Shown here: one piece after another, positions 8,850 through 18,754 of the stretch | Layout of the letters: each line of letters starts with the position of its first letter | Numbering within the stretch: the first letter of the stretch is position 1 | Assembly (NCBI GenBank): GCA_947630105.1 | Contig: CANRGD010000005.1 | Span: forward strand, 1-36,482 | Direction of reading: 5' to 3' | Origin: an uncultured Bacilli bacterium | GTDB taxonomy: Bacteria; Bacillota_I; Bacilli_A; RF39; UBA660 | Length of the DNA: 36,482 nt | The notes under the pieces: generated by a model | Database searches by the model: none | Told to the model about the DNA's origin: nothing | What the model saw: only the letters and a program-made list of their open reading frames with translations | Made by a program: the position numbers and the translations under genes

Positions 8850-9868
8850 TGTTCCTCCTTTTTACTTCTTAGTTGCCCACAAGCAGCACTTATCTTGCCA
8901 CCGAATTCCCGTCTTATAGTCACATTTATCTTATTTTTTTTAAGTATATCATAAAACCGCATAATTTGAATAGTACTACTTCTTTTAAAATTTAAATTAT
9001 TTGTTTCATTATAAGGAATCAAATTAATATAACAATTAATTCCTTTTACTAATTGAACTAATTCTAAAGCACATTCACAACTATCATTAATATCACTTAA
9101 TAAAATATATTCAAAAGTTATGCGACGATTAGTTATTTTTAAATAATCTTTTAGTGTTTCAATTAACTCCTTAAGAGGATATGCTTTATTAATAGGCATA
9201 ATCTTAGATCTTAATATATCATTAGGAGCATGTAAACTTATAGCTAAATTTATTTGTAATGGTAACAATGCAAATTCTTTTATTTTAGGAATTATTCCAC
9301 ATGTAGAAACAGTAATATGTCTGGCTCCTATAGCTAAACCTTTAGGTTGATTTATAATTTTTAAAAACTTTACTAAATTATCATAATTATCAAATGGTTC
9401 TCCAATTCCCATAACTACTACATGACTTATTCTTTCTCCTACTTCTTCTTCAATCATTAAAATTTGTAAAACCATTTCATATGTATCTAGATTTCTAACT
9501 TTTTTTCTTCTTCCCGACTCACAAAAAACACATCCCATGTTACACCCAACCTGACTTGATATACAGACACTGTTACCATAATCATGTTTCATTAATACTG
9601 CTTCAATATGCTCATTATCTTCAAGTTCAAATAAGTATTTACAAACATCAACATCTTTTTGAATATCAACAATTTTTAATTTATTAAGTGAAAAATCTTT
9701 CTTAATATCTTCTAAAAACTCTTTTTTTATATTCGTAATTTCCGTAAAAGAAGTAATTCTTTTTTCATATAACCAACTAAATAATTGTAATGCATGAAAC
9801 TTTTTAGCCTTTTTTGCTAAAAAATATTCTTCCATATCTTCTAAAGTTAAATTATAAATATTTTTCAT
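8846..9868 (-). CDS. rlmN: 23S rRNA m2A2503 / tRNA methyltransferase RlmN
   Basis: SSQVGCNMGCVFC, MGIGEP, SLHAP, AACGQL. Confidence 0.97.
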   Translation of the reverse strand: MKNIYNLTLEDMEEYFLAKKAKKFHALQLFSWLYEKRITSFTEITNIKKEFLEDIKKDFSLNKLKIVDIQKDVDVCKYLFELEDNEHIEAVLMKHDYGNSVCISSQVGCNMGCVFCESGRRKKVRNLDTYEMVLQILMIEEEVGERISHVVVMGIGEPFDNYDNLVKFLKIINQPKGLAIGARHITVSTCGIIPKIKEFALLPLQINLAISLHAPNDILRSKIMPINKAYPLKELIETLKDYLKITNRRITFEYILLSDINDSCECALELVQLVKGINCYINLIPYNETNNLNFKRSSTIQIMRFYDILKKNKINVTIRREFGGKISAACGQLRSKKEEQ

Positions 9869-9949
9869 TTTATCACCAAAACTTCACTTTATATTATAAC
9901 TAAAAAAAAAGACAATGTCTAATTTACACTGTCAAAATTAAATATTTTA

Positions 9950-10657
9950 CTAAATTGGACTGCTAATTTCTTCAATTTCTCCAAAATTATCATAATCTAA
10001 ATTAATTTCTAAAGAATTAAGACATTCTTTAGTATTTTTACAATAATCATTTAATATAAATTTTATATTATCAACATTCTTATCTTCATCCGTACTTACA
10101 ATAATCTCATTAGTATCATCTGCTATATCTAAATCTATTCCAATTGTTAATTTATATAAATTATTAGTTGATATTAAAAAATTATATGTTTGTTTCCCAC
10201 TTTCATAATCAGTCTTTGAAACAAAATATGCCTCATTTAAAATATCTCTAATTGTCATTATATTTAAAAATTGTTTAAATTTATATGGTGCTTCAGTTTT
10301 TATCCAAATATTTTGTTGTTGTTCAAAATAATCTTTATCATTTTTAAAATAAGTAACTTTATTAAATGTAAACAACTCTTTTTCCTTATATCTTGTTCCA
10401 TCATAAGTATAATGCGTACTATCCATAACAACATCATAGGTAAAACTATAATTATTATTAATTATTTTATTAATAGAATACCCATATTTACTATCCGAAT
10501 TTATTGAACTATCACTTAAATAGCTATCTCCTCTTTCACTTACTCTAAATATTATAATAAGAATAACAAAAAAGAAAAAATAAAAGCCAAAAAACAATAT
10601 TGCCTTTCCTCTAGGCGTAGCTTTTAATTCTTTAAAAATTTCTATCAGCTTTTTCAT
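9950..10657 (-). CDS. Hypothetical membrane-anchored protein
   Basis: Start overlaps the fmt stop; one N-terminal TM helix; no recognised family. Confidence 0.75.
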   Translation of the reverse strand: MKKLIEIFKELKATPRGKAILFFGFYFFFFVILIIIFRVSERGDSYLSDSSINSDSKYGYSINKIINNNYSFTYDVVMDSTHYTYDGTRYKEKELFTFNKVTYFKNDKDYFEQQQNIWIKTEAPYKFKQFLNIMTIRDILNEAYFVSKTDYESGKQTYNFLISTNNLYKLTIGIDLDIADDTNEIIVSTDEDKNVDNIKFILNDYCKNTKECLNSLEINLDYDNFGEIEEISSPI

Positions 10658-11583
10658 TTAAACACCTTACCAATTAATTTATCTTTTACACTACCATTAA
10701 TATATGCTTTAGCAGCCATTCTTTTTTTACCAAAAGGTTTAATATCAGTAATAACTATAGCTCCATCTTTTGTTTTTACAACAATTCCTTCTTTATTAAT
10801 ATCTACAATTTCTCCATATTCTCCCGAAAATTTTTCCCCTTCTAAAACATAACTTTTATATATTTTCATTTCTTTTTCATCAAGTATTGCATAACTTCCT
10901 GGAGAGGGACATAATCCTCTAATTAAATTAAATATTTCTAAGCTATTCTTACTAAAATCAATATGTTCTTCTTCTCGTTTAATATTATAAGCATAAGTAG
11001 CTTCTTTATTATTTTGTTTTATTCTTTTATTTGTTTTATTAAAAACACTTGGTAATGTTTCTAACAAAAGCTCTTTTCCTAAAACACTTAATTTATCATG
11101 AACACTTTCTAAATCATCACTATCTAAAATTTCTATTTCCTTTTGCGCAATTATATCTCCTGTATCCATAGAAACATCCATATACATTATAGTAATACCA
11201 GTTTTTTTATCTCCTTCTATAATTGCTTTATGAATAGGAGCTCCTCCTCTAAATCGAGGTAGTAAAGAAGCATGTACATTTATACAGCCATATTGTGGAT
11301 AATCTAATATTTTCTTAGGAATAATTTGTCCATAAGCACATGTTACTATAAGATCAGGCTTGGCTGCCAATATTTCAGTATATTCTTTTCTAATATTATT
11401 AGGTTGTAAAACTTTTATATTATGTTTAAGTGCCACTTCTTTTATAGGTGTATTAGTTAATATTTGGTGTCGTCCTACTTTTTTATCAGGTTGACTTACT
11501 ACTAAAACAACTTCATATTTATTAATTAATCCTTCTAACACTGGAACTGCAAACTCCGGAGTTCCCATAAAAACTATTTTCAT
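10654..11583 (-). CDS. fmt: Methionyl-tRNA formyltransferase
   Basis: MKIVFMGTPEFA, NVHASLLPRFRGGAPI. Confidence 0.98.
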   Translation of the reverse strand: MKIVFMGTPEFAVPVLEGLINKYEVVLVVSQPDKKVGRHQILTNTPIKEVALKHNIKVLQPNNIRKEYTEILAAKPDLIVTCAYGQIIPKKILDYPQYGCINVHASLLPRFRGGAPIHKAIIEGDKKTGITIMYMDVSMDTGDIIAQKEIEILDSDDLESVHDKLSVLGKELLLETLPSVFNKTNKRIKQNNKEATYAYNIKREEEHIDFSKNSLEIFNLIRGLCPSPGSYAILDEKEMKIYKSYVLEGEKFSGEYGEIVDINKEGIVVKTKDGAIVITDIKPFGKKRMAAKAYINGSVKDKLIGKVFK

Positions 11584-11586
11584 ACA

Positions 11587-12756
11587 TTACCCCCTTAAAA
11601 CCATAATTATAGTTATAATTACCCCTAATGAAACAAGCAATGCTCCAATAATTAAAAAAGTTGTTGCCTTTCCATAAACATTTTTAAATTCTCTTAAAAG
11701 CATTTCTCTATTTAATAACTTTTCTTCATCTTCTAATTGCTTTTTAGGTATTTCTTTTTTTACTAATGAAAATTCTAATAAGAAAACATCTTCAATACTT
11801 ACTTTATTTCTTAATACAATTTTATCATTTCTTGGTGTCATTACATAATTTACCTTATCATAAAAAGTTAATGTTTTATCATTAATAATATTATCTAAAT
11901 TAATATTATTATGATTTGCAACCTTTTCTCTCTTTATCAATAATACAGAAATTTTCTTTTCACACAAATGTAATAAATCCCATTCTTTTTTTACAATTTC
12001 TAAAATCTCTTTTTTATCCTCTTCAGAAATATTAAGTATTAAAAATAACTTTTTTAAGTTTTTAATACATCCATCATAATCATCTTTTAAATAAGCATCT
12101 TTTTTATACTTTAAATAAGAATATTCATTCTTAGCTAATAAATTAGAAAAATACATTGGTGCATTTATAGAATAATAACACCCCATTAAAAAGCTATCCG
12201 TTAAATAACTTTCTTTAGTAAAAAAATCTTTACCTAAAATATTATTTATTCCATATTTATTAAATATTTCATTAAGCTTTAAAAATTCACTATAATAATT
12301 TTGATAATTTTCCGGATCAAATCCCATCTTCTTTATATTTTCAGAATAATAGCTAGAATAGCCATGAAAATAAAAACCATTAATAATATATTTATCATAA
12401 ATATATTTTAATATTATATCTTGATTATTATTTTCCTCTATTTCTTTAATATTTAACTTCTTAGCTACAAATTTAACTATAAGTTTATTTATACCTAAAT
12501 TTATATCATTAAAATTATCAATTTTTTTAAATAATTTATCTATTTGATCAACAAATTCAGACAAAAACATTTCTTCTGCAACAATAACTTCATATTTAAA
12601 TAATCCTTCATATAAAAGAATTAATGCTTGTTCTTTATTACTTAATTCACAACAGACAGAAAAATCATCATTTTTTTTATTACTATATCTTTCATTTTCA
12701 ACTATTTCATTATATAGTTTGTTTACATCATTTCTTAGTAATATTTTATTTAGCAC
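11587..12756 (-). CDS. Hypothetical protein with ADP-ribosyltransferase-like motifs and C-terminal TM anchor
   Basis: FYFHG...NIKKMGFDP and YLTDS...CYYS resemble HYE-clade ART motifs; hydrophobic C-terminal helix. The ORF is solid, the function is tentative. Confidence 0.6.
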   Translation of the reverse strand: MLNKILLRNDVNKLYNEIVENERYSNKKNDDFSVCCELSNKEQALILLYEGLFKYEVIVAEEMFLSEFVDQIDKLFKKIDNFNDINLGINKLIVKFVAKKLNIKEIEENNNQDIILKYIYDKYIINGFYFHGYSSYYSENIKKMGFDPENYQNYYSEFLKLNEIFNKYGINNILGKDFFTKESYLTDSFLMGCYYSINAPMYFSNLLAKNEYSYLKYKKDAYLKDDYDGCIKNLKKLFLILNISEEDKKEILEIVKKEWDLLHLCEKKISVLLIKREKVANHNNINLDNIINDKTLTFYDKVNYVMTPRNDKIVLRNKVSIEDVFLLEFSLVKKEIPKKQLEDEEKLLNREMLLREFKNVYGKATTFLIIGALLVSLGVIITIIMVLRG

Positions 12757-12773
12757 TAAAGCTCACCACCAAC

Positions 12774-12983
12774 TCAAATTAAATCTAACCAAATAATAAA
12801 AGCCGCTAAGCACCCTAAAATTATTATAATCCCTAAAATTATTAATAATATTTTTACAATACTATTATTTTTATCATAAAAAAATTTATCTACATCTGTA
12901 CTTGATTCTTGCATTAAAGTATTAAAAGCTTCCGCATTTTTTTGATTTACTTCTAATTCATCCTTAGTTTCTTCATTATCCAT
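12774..12983 (-). CDS. Small acidic protein with C-terminal TM helix
   Basis: AGAGGTGA RBS before ATG at 12983; hydrophobic C-terminus. Confidence 0.75.
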   Translation of the reverse strand: MDNEETKDELEVNQKNAEAFNTLMQESSTDVDKFFYDKNNSIVKILLIILGIIIILGCLAAFIIWLDLI

Positions 12984-13021
12984 GCCAATCACCTCTATCT
13001 TTATAAAAAGAATAACATATT

Positions 13022-15196
13022 TTATAGCATTTGACTAGGATTAAAATTAATATCTATTTTTATTTTACTAACTGTTTTATAATGATCCAAAATTTTTTCT
13101 AAAATAATCCTCAAATTATCCTCTTTTTTATATTTTAACAATATATTATATCTATATATATTATTCATTTTAAAAATCATTGAAGTTGATGGGCCTAAAA
13201 TAATACAATTCAAAAGATTTCTTTGTAAAGATTTTTTTATTTTATTTGCTTCATTTAATATGTAAGTTGAATCTTTTCCACTTATTTTAATATTTACTAA
13301 GTAATAATATGGTGGATATTTAAGTTCTCGTCTTATTTGCATCTCTTTTTTATAAAAACCATCATAATCATGCATTTTAGTATATGAAATAGCATAATGA
13401 TCAGGATTAAATGTTTGAATAATAACTTCTCCTTTTTTACTTCTTCCACTTCTTCCTGCTACTTGTTCTAGTAAAGAAAAGGTATTTTCACTACTTCTAA
13501 AATCAGGAATGTTTAAACTTGTATCAGCATTTATTACTCCTACTAATGTTACATTTTCAAAATCTAATCCTTTAGCTACTATTTGTGTTCCGAGTAAAAT
13601 ATCATATTCCTGATTTTTAAAAGCCATAATCATTTTTTCATGCATTCCCTTACGACTTGTCGTATCATAATCCATTCTTAAAATACGTGTCTTAAAATTT
13701 TTTATTAATTCTTCTTCTACTTTTTGAGTCCCAACTCCTAAATTGTTAAGTGCTTCTTCCTGACATTTAGGACAAGTTGTATAAACCTTTTCCCCATATC
13801 CACAATAATGACATCTCAAAGTATTACTACTTTTATGATAAGTAAGAGTTATATCACAATTAGGACATTTAAAAGTATAGCCACAATTTTTACAAGTTAC
13901 AAAAGAAGCATATCCCCTTCTATTTAAAAGTAGTATAACTTGTTCTTTTCTATCTAAACACTTCTTTATAGCCTCTAATAAAGTATTAGAAAAATGTCCC
14001 TTACTATTTTTAATTTCTTTATTCATATCAACAATATGAACAGTAGGCAACTCTCTATCATTAATTCGTTTTTCTAATTTTAATAAATTATAATTTCCTT
14101 TTAAAGCTCGAGCATATGCCTCTAATGAAGGAGTAGCACTTCCAAATATGACTGGACATTTATGATATTTACTTCTATATATAGCAATATCCTTAGCATT
14201 ATATTTAGGATTCAAATCACTTTGTTTATAAGAATCACTATGTTCCTCATCAACAATAATCATCCCAATATTTTCTAAAGGAGCAAAAATAGCACTGCGA
14301 GCTCCAATAACTATAGTTGCTTCCTTGCGAACAATTCTCCTCCATTCATCATACTTTTCTCCTTCTGATAAAGCTGAATGAATAGCTGCTATCTTATCGC
14401 CAAAACGGGCCTGAAACCTTTCTACCATTTGAGGCGTCAAACTTATTTCTGGAACCAATACAATACTACTTTTTCCTTGTTTTAAAGCTTCTTCTATTAA
14501 TTCCATATAAACTTCTGTTTTTCCACTACCCGTAACCCCATATAATAAATGAATTAATTGCTCTTTATTAGCTAAAACTTCTTCAACAACCTGTTTTTGT
14601 TCCTTCGTAAGTTCTTTTTGTTGTAACTTAGAAGAATTATAATTTAATCTATATTTTTCTTTTTTTACTTCTAAAAGAATATTTTTCTTTATTAATGTTT
14701 TTAGTGCCCCCTCAGATATTTCTAATAGTTCTTTTCTACTAACTAGTCCTTCTTTTTGACATTTATCAATAATAAGTTGTTGCTTAGTAGTTATTTTTTG
14801 TAAATCATTTACTAAATCTTTATTTAATTGATAAAAAAGCTGAAACTTTTTATTAATAACACTTCCCTTTTTAGCTTTTAAAGCTTTAGGTAACATGGCT
14901 TGATAGCAGCTAATCAAAGTAGCTAAGGTATCAGTATGCATAACTTTCCCTAACTCTAATAATTCCTCATTTAAAACTATCTCTTCATCTTTTATATTAA
15001 TTATTTCTTTTAAATCACTATTATATTCACTACTTTTTTTTATTTCTAAAACAAATCCCTCTACTATTTGTTTGCCAAAAGGTACTAAAACTCTTATCCC
15101 GACTTTGATACTTTTTTGTAATTCAGCATTAACTTTATAATCAAAAATTTTATCTACATTTTTATTTGCTAATTCCACTAAAACACCAACAATCAT
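13022..15196 (-). CDS. priA: Primosomal protein N'
   Basis: GVTGSGKT, DEEH, four CxxC pairs, QVAGRSGR. Confidence 0.98.
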   Translation of the reverse strand: MIVGVLVELANKNVDKIFDYKVNAELQKSIKVGIRVLVPFGKQIVEGFVLEIKKSSEYNSDLKEIINIKDEEIVLNEELLELGKVMHTDTLATLISCYQAMLPKALKAKKGSVINKKFQLFYQLNKDLVNDLQKITTKQQLIIDKCQKEGLVSRKELLEISEGALKTLIKKNILLEVKKEKYRLNYNSSKLQQKELTKEQKQVVEEVLANKEQLIHLLYGVTGSGKTEVYMELIEEALKQGKSSIVLVPEISLTPQMVERFQARFGDKIAAIHSALSEGEKYDEWRRIVRKEATIVIGARSAIFAPLENIGMIIVDEEHSDSYKQSDLNPKYNAKDIAIYRSKYHKCPVIFGSATPSLEAYARALKGNYNLLKLEKRINDRELPTVHIVDMNKEIKNSKGHFSNTLLEAIKKCLDRKEQVILLLNRRGYASFVTCKNCGYTFKCPNCDITLTYHKSSNTLRCHYCGYGEKVYTTCPKCQEEALNNLGVGTQKVEEELIKNFKTRILRMDYDTTSRKGMHEKMIMAFKNQEYDILLGTQIVAKGLDFENVTLVGVINADTSLNIPDFRSSENTFSLLEQVAGRSGRSKKGEVIIQTFNPDHYAISYTKMHDYDGFYKKEMQIRRELKYPPYYYLVNIKISGKDSTYILNEANKIKKSLQRNLLNCIILGPSTSMIFKMNNIYRYNILLKYKKEDNLRIILEKILDHYKTVSKIKIDINFNPSQML

Positions 15197-15224
15197 AAAA
15201 GTACCTCCTCTTTTAAATTATACC

Positions 15225-15254
15225 AAAAAAAAGAAAGATATTTAAATCTTTCTT
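15225..15254 (-). terminator. Rho-independent terminator after rseP, abutting an extended -10 (TGGTATAAT) for priA
   Basis: AAGAAAGAT/ATCTTTCTT inverted repeat plus T-run. Confidence 0.7.
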
Positions 15255-16302
15255 AAAATAATCTTAATATATCATTAAAGGTAACTATAATCATTAATAA
15301 CATTAATAATATTAATCCTATTGTATGAATCTTATTTTCCAATTCTGGATCAACTGGTGAACCTTTAATTTTTTCAATAATTATAAATAATATATGTCCT
15401 CCATCAAAAGCTGGTAGTGGTAATAAATTTATAAATCCAACATTAATACTTAAAAAAGCAATTAAATATAAAATATTAGCTAGTCCACCTTTACTTTGTT
15501 CCCCAACTATAGAATAAATTCCTACAGGTCCCGATAACTGACTTATTTTAATTCCCCCAGTAATCAAATATCCAACTGTTATTCCCATTTGTTTAAAAAT
15601 TGAACCTGTTTTTTTGGCTGTATAAACTAATGCTCCTCCAAATCCCTTAGTTTTTTCTTGCTGCATCCCTATTCCATATAAGTAAGAAGTATCATCTCCT
15701 TCTTTAACTTTTTTGGGTTTTATTTTAAAGGTTAATTCTTCATTATTTCTTTCTATTACAAATGTTGATCCTTTTTTTGGATCTGCAACTGCTAAAAATA
15801 AAGAAATATCATCACTTGTTGAAATAGAATGATCATTAATTTTTAAAACTTTATCATTTGCTTTAAGACCTGCTGCCTCAGCAGGATAGCCTTTTTCAAT
15901 GGAAGTGATAATTGGATTCATTGTATTACCACCCCAAATTAAAGCAATAAAGAATAATATTAAAATTGCTGAAATAAAGTTATTCCCTGCTCCAAAAAAC
16001 ATAATTAAAAATCTTTGAAAAGCACTTTTATTTTGTAATCTCTTATCTTTAGGAATTTTCTTTAACTCATCATCCCCAACATCTTCTCCAGCCAACTGAC
16101 AAAATCCTCCAATAGGAATAGCTCTTAAACTATATTCAGTTTCTTTGCCTTTTTTGCTCCAAACTTTAGGCCCCATTCCAATAGCAAACTCATAAACATA
16201 TACCCCTGTAATTTTAGCCCATGTAAAATGACCAAATTCATGAACAAAGACAATTATACCTAAAATAAATACAAATAAAATCAAATTAATAATTATTGAC
16301 AT
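15253..16302 (-). CDS. rseP: RIP metalloprotease RseP/RasP
   Basis: HEFGH, PDZ domain, NLLPLPAFDGG. Confidence 0.96.
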   Translation of the reverse strand: MSIIINLILFVFILGIIVFVHEFGHFTWAKITGVYVYEFAIGMGPKVWSKKGKETEYSLRAIPIGGFCQLAGEDVGDDELKKIPKDKRLQNKSAFQRFLIMFFGAGNNFISAILILFFIALIWGGNTMNPIITSIEKGYPAEAAGLKANDKVLKINDHSISTSDDISLFLAVADPKKGSTFVIERNNEELTFKIKPKKVKEGDDTSYLYGIGMQQEKTKGFGGALVYTAKKTGSIFKQMGITVGYLITGGIKISQLSGPVGIYSIVGEQSKGGLANILYLIAFLSINVGFINLLPLPAFDGGHILFIIIEKIKGSPVDPELENKIHTIGLILLMLLMIIVTFNDILRLF

Positions 16303-16318
16303 TTGTAATCACTCTCCT

Positions 16319-17119
16319 TTAAATAATTCCTAATAATATTACAAAAGCTAATACTACAAATATTAAACTATCACATCTATCCAAAATACCACCATGTTCT
16401 GGAATTAAATCAGAAAAATCTTTTTTATTATAATATCTTTTTATTGAAGAAAAAACCAAATCCCCTAATTGTCCAACTGCTGATAATAAACAAGAAATTA
16501 ATATAACTAAAACTAATGATGCTGTAGGATTAATTATAGTTATATAAAATGCCGTAGCTGCAAAAGCTCCCATTAATAATCCACCAATACAACCTTCAAT
16601 AGTCTTTTTTGGAGAAATTAATGGAGCAATTTTATGTTCCCCTATCAACATTCCTGTAAATAGCGCAAAAGTATCTGTAATTGTTGTTATTAATAATATA
16701 TAAATAATATAATTTAAATCAAAATTTCTAATAATTGTTAATAAATTAAAACTAAGTCCTAAAAAAACAACTGCTCCCATCATATATAATGCATCATTTA
16801 AATTATATTTCTTATTATCATTAAAAAATACTATTGGTGCTAAAAATATAAATATAATTCCCGCAAATATTCTATAATCTAATTGCATTTGAAAATCAAT
16901 AGAATTAAAATTATTCATTGTAAATAAAGCAATAAGTATATAAGAAATAATTTTTATACTAAGAGGTACTTCTTTTTTAGTCTCTCTTACACTTATTAAT
17001 TCATATAAACTACCAATAGCTAATAATGTCATAAAAATAGCAAATGGCACTCCACCAATTATTAAAAAAGGTAAGACTATTGCAATCATTACAATAGCAC
17101 TTAAAATTCTTTTTTTCAT
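16319..17119 (-). CDS. cdsA: Phosphatidate cytidylyltransferase
   Basis: SPKKTIEG, GDLVFSSIKR, HGGILDR. Confidence 0.96.
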   Translation of the reverse strand: MKKRILSAIVMIAIVLPFLIIGGVPFAIFMTLLAIGSLYELISVRETKKEVPLSIKIISYILIALFTMNNFNSIDFQMQLDYRIFAGIIFIFLAPIVFFNDNKKYNLNDALYMMGAVVFLGLSFNLLTIIRNFDLNYIIYILLITTITDTFALFTGMLIGEHKIAPLISPKKTIEGCIGGLLMGAFAATAFYITIINPTASLVLVILISCLLSAVGQLGDLVFSSIKRYYNKKDFSDLIPEHGGILDRCDSLIFVVLAFVILLGII

Positions 17120-17122
17120 CTC

Positions 17123-17827
17123 TTATCCTCCAAAAGTTCTATTTCTTTTATTAAATGCTTCTAATGCTTTATCAAATTCTCTTTCATTAAAATCAGGAAA
17201 TAAAGTATCTGTAAAATAAAATTCTGCATAACTTGCTTGATACATCATAAAATTGCTAAGTCTAAGTTCACCACTTGTTCTAATAACTAAATCTAGAGGA
17301 GGTAAATCTTGATACAAATTTTTATTAATTAAAGTAACATCAATATCCTCTAATTCTATTACATTTTCTTTATATAAAGCACATATTTTCTTAGTCATAT
17401 CAACAATTTCACTTTGTCCACCATAATTAAGACATATATTTAAACAACACCCTGTATTATTCTTAGTAGCTTCTTTAATCTCATCCATTGCCACTAAGAC
17501 TTTTTTATTTAAGGGCTCTTTTCTCCCAGAAAATAAGACTTTAACATTATTATCCATTAACACATTAAATTCTTTTTTAAACATTGAAACAAATAGATTC
17601 ATTAAATAATCTACTTCTTTTTTTTCTCTTTTAAAATTTTCCGTAGAAAAAGCATATACCGATAAATATTTAACTCCTAATTTATTTAAATATAAACATA
17701 AACTTTTTAAATTATCCGCACCAGCTCTATGTCCCTCACTCCTTGTAAGTCCTCTTCTTGTTGCCCATCTACCATTACCATCCATTATAATACCAATATG
17801 TTGTGGTATTTTCATATTTTCATTCAT
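17123..17827 (-). CDS. uppS: Undecaprenyl diphosphate synthase
   Basis: HIGIIMDGNGRWA, AFSTEN, IRTSGELRLSNF. Confidence 0.97.
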   Translation of the reverse strand: MNENMKIPQHIGIIMDGNGRWATRRGLTRSEGHRAGADNLKSLCLYLNKLGVKYLSVYAFSTENFKREKKEVDYLMNLFVSMFKKEFNVLMDNNVKVLFSGRKEPLNKKVLVAMDEIKEATKNNTGCCLNICLNYGGQSEIVDMTKKICALYKENVIELEDIDVTLINKNLYQDLPPLDLVIRTSGELRLSNFMMYQASYAEFYFTDTLFPDFNEREFDKALEAFNKRNRTFGG

Positions 17828-17863
17828 CTTACTACCTCACAATAAATTATATTACAAATATAT

Positions 17864-17889
17864 AAAAAAAGAAAGTCTAAAAGACTTCT
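17864..17889 (-). terminator. Rho-independent terminator after rpsP-khpA
   Basis: AAGTCT/AGACTT stem followed by a T-run on the minus strand. Confidence 0.65.
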
Positions 17890-18136
17890 AAAATTTATCT
17901 ATGTCAATTTTAACATACTTATTTTCTTTTAATGCACTACTTGCTTGAACTAAAGTTCTTATAGCATTAGCACATTTTCCATTTTTACCTATAACTCTTC
18001 CCATATCATCAGAATCAACAATAACTTGAATAAGAATTACATTATCTTCATCAGTAGGAAATTCTTTTACACTAACCGCATCTTCATTAACTACTAATGA
18101 TTTTACTATTTCTTCAGTCAATTTAACTAAATCCAT
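17888..18136 (-). CDS. khpA: KH-domain RNA-binding protein KhpA (YlqC)
   Basis: DMGRVIGKNG motif; follows rpsP. Confidence 0.93.
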   Translation of the reverse strand: MDLVKLTEEIVKSLVVNEDAVSVKEFPTDEDNVILIQVIVDSDDMGRVIGKNGKCANAIRTLVQASSALKENKYVKIDIDKF

Positions 18137-18138
18137 AA

Positions 18139-18414
18139 TTAATCCTCTTTCTTAACTTTGCTATCTGCAAATTTTTTCATGATTCCAGCTTTACTAAATA
18201 AACTTCTTACAGTATCTGTAGGTATTGCTCCATTATTTAACCATTTCAAAGCAACTTCTTCATTAATTTTAACTTGACATTCTCCAACAGGCTGATATGT
18301 TCCAATTAATTCAAGATATTGTCCATCTCTAGGACGTCTAGAATCCGTTGCAACTATTCTATAAGTAGGTTTCTTCTTAGCACCCATTCTTGTTAATCTC
18401 AATTTAACTGCCAT
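18139..18414 (-). CDS. rpsP: 30S ribosomal protein S16
   Basis: [21 protein letters not shown]. Confidence 0.99.
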   Translation of the reverse strand: MAVKLRLTRMGAKKKPTYRIVATDSRRPRDGQYLELIGTYQPVGECQVKINEEVALKWLNNGAIPTDTVRSLFSKAGIMKKFADSKVKKED

Positions 18415-18444
18415 TAGTTTCCCTCCATTTCTTCACTGTTATAT

Positions 18445-18473
18445 AGTTTATTATATATTTTTAAAGATGTCAA
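18445..18473 (-). promoter_or_regulatory. sigma70 promoter of rpsP
   Basis: TTGACA-17 bp-TAAACT. Confidence 0.75.
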
Positions 18474-18499
18474 CCTTTTTTTGATAACACTTACTACAT

Positions 18500-18753
18500 T
18501 TTATCATCTTCAGAAATAGTGAAATCTCTTTCAAAGTAAAAAATATCCTAATCAGTATCAAAAATTATTTTGTACAAATTACACTACCTTTATCTTTAAG
18601 CAAGTTTTTCCTATTCCATACACAATTTTCAAAATGCATCATCACCTATTGCATCAATTATTATTTAAAGTAAATAATCACAATTATTTCTTTCTTCACT
18701 ATCTACATTAGTAGTAACTTGGTTTGCTCTTCCAATATCATTTTTAACCCCAT
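18500..18753 (-). pseudogene. Decayed paralog fragment of the adjacent DUF3419-like gene
   Basis: Broken minus-strand frames give KNLLKDKGSVICTK (neighbour: KKLLNSTGIVICSN) and YFERDF (neighbour: IFEKDF) in the same order, with stops and frameshifts. Confidence 0.6.
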
Positions 18754-18754
18754 T

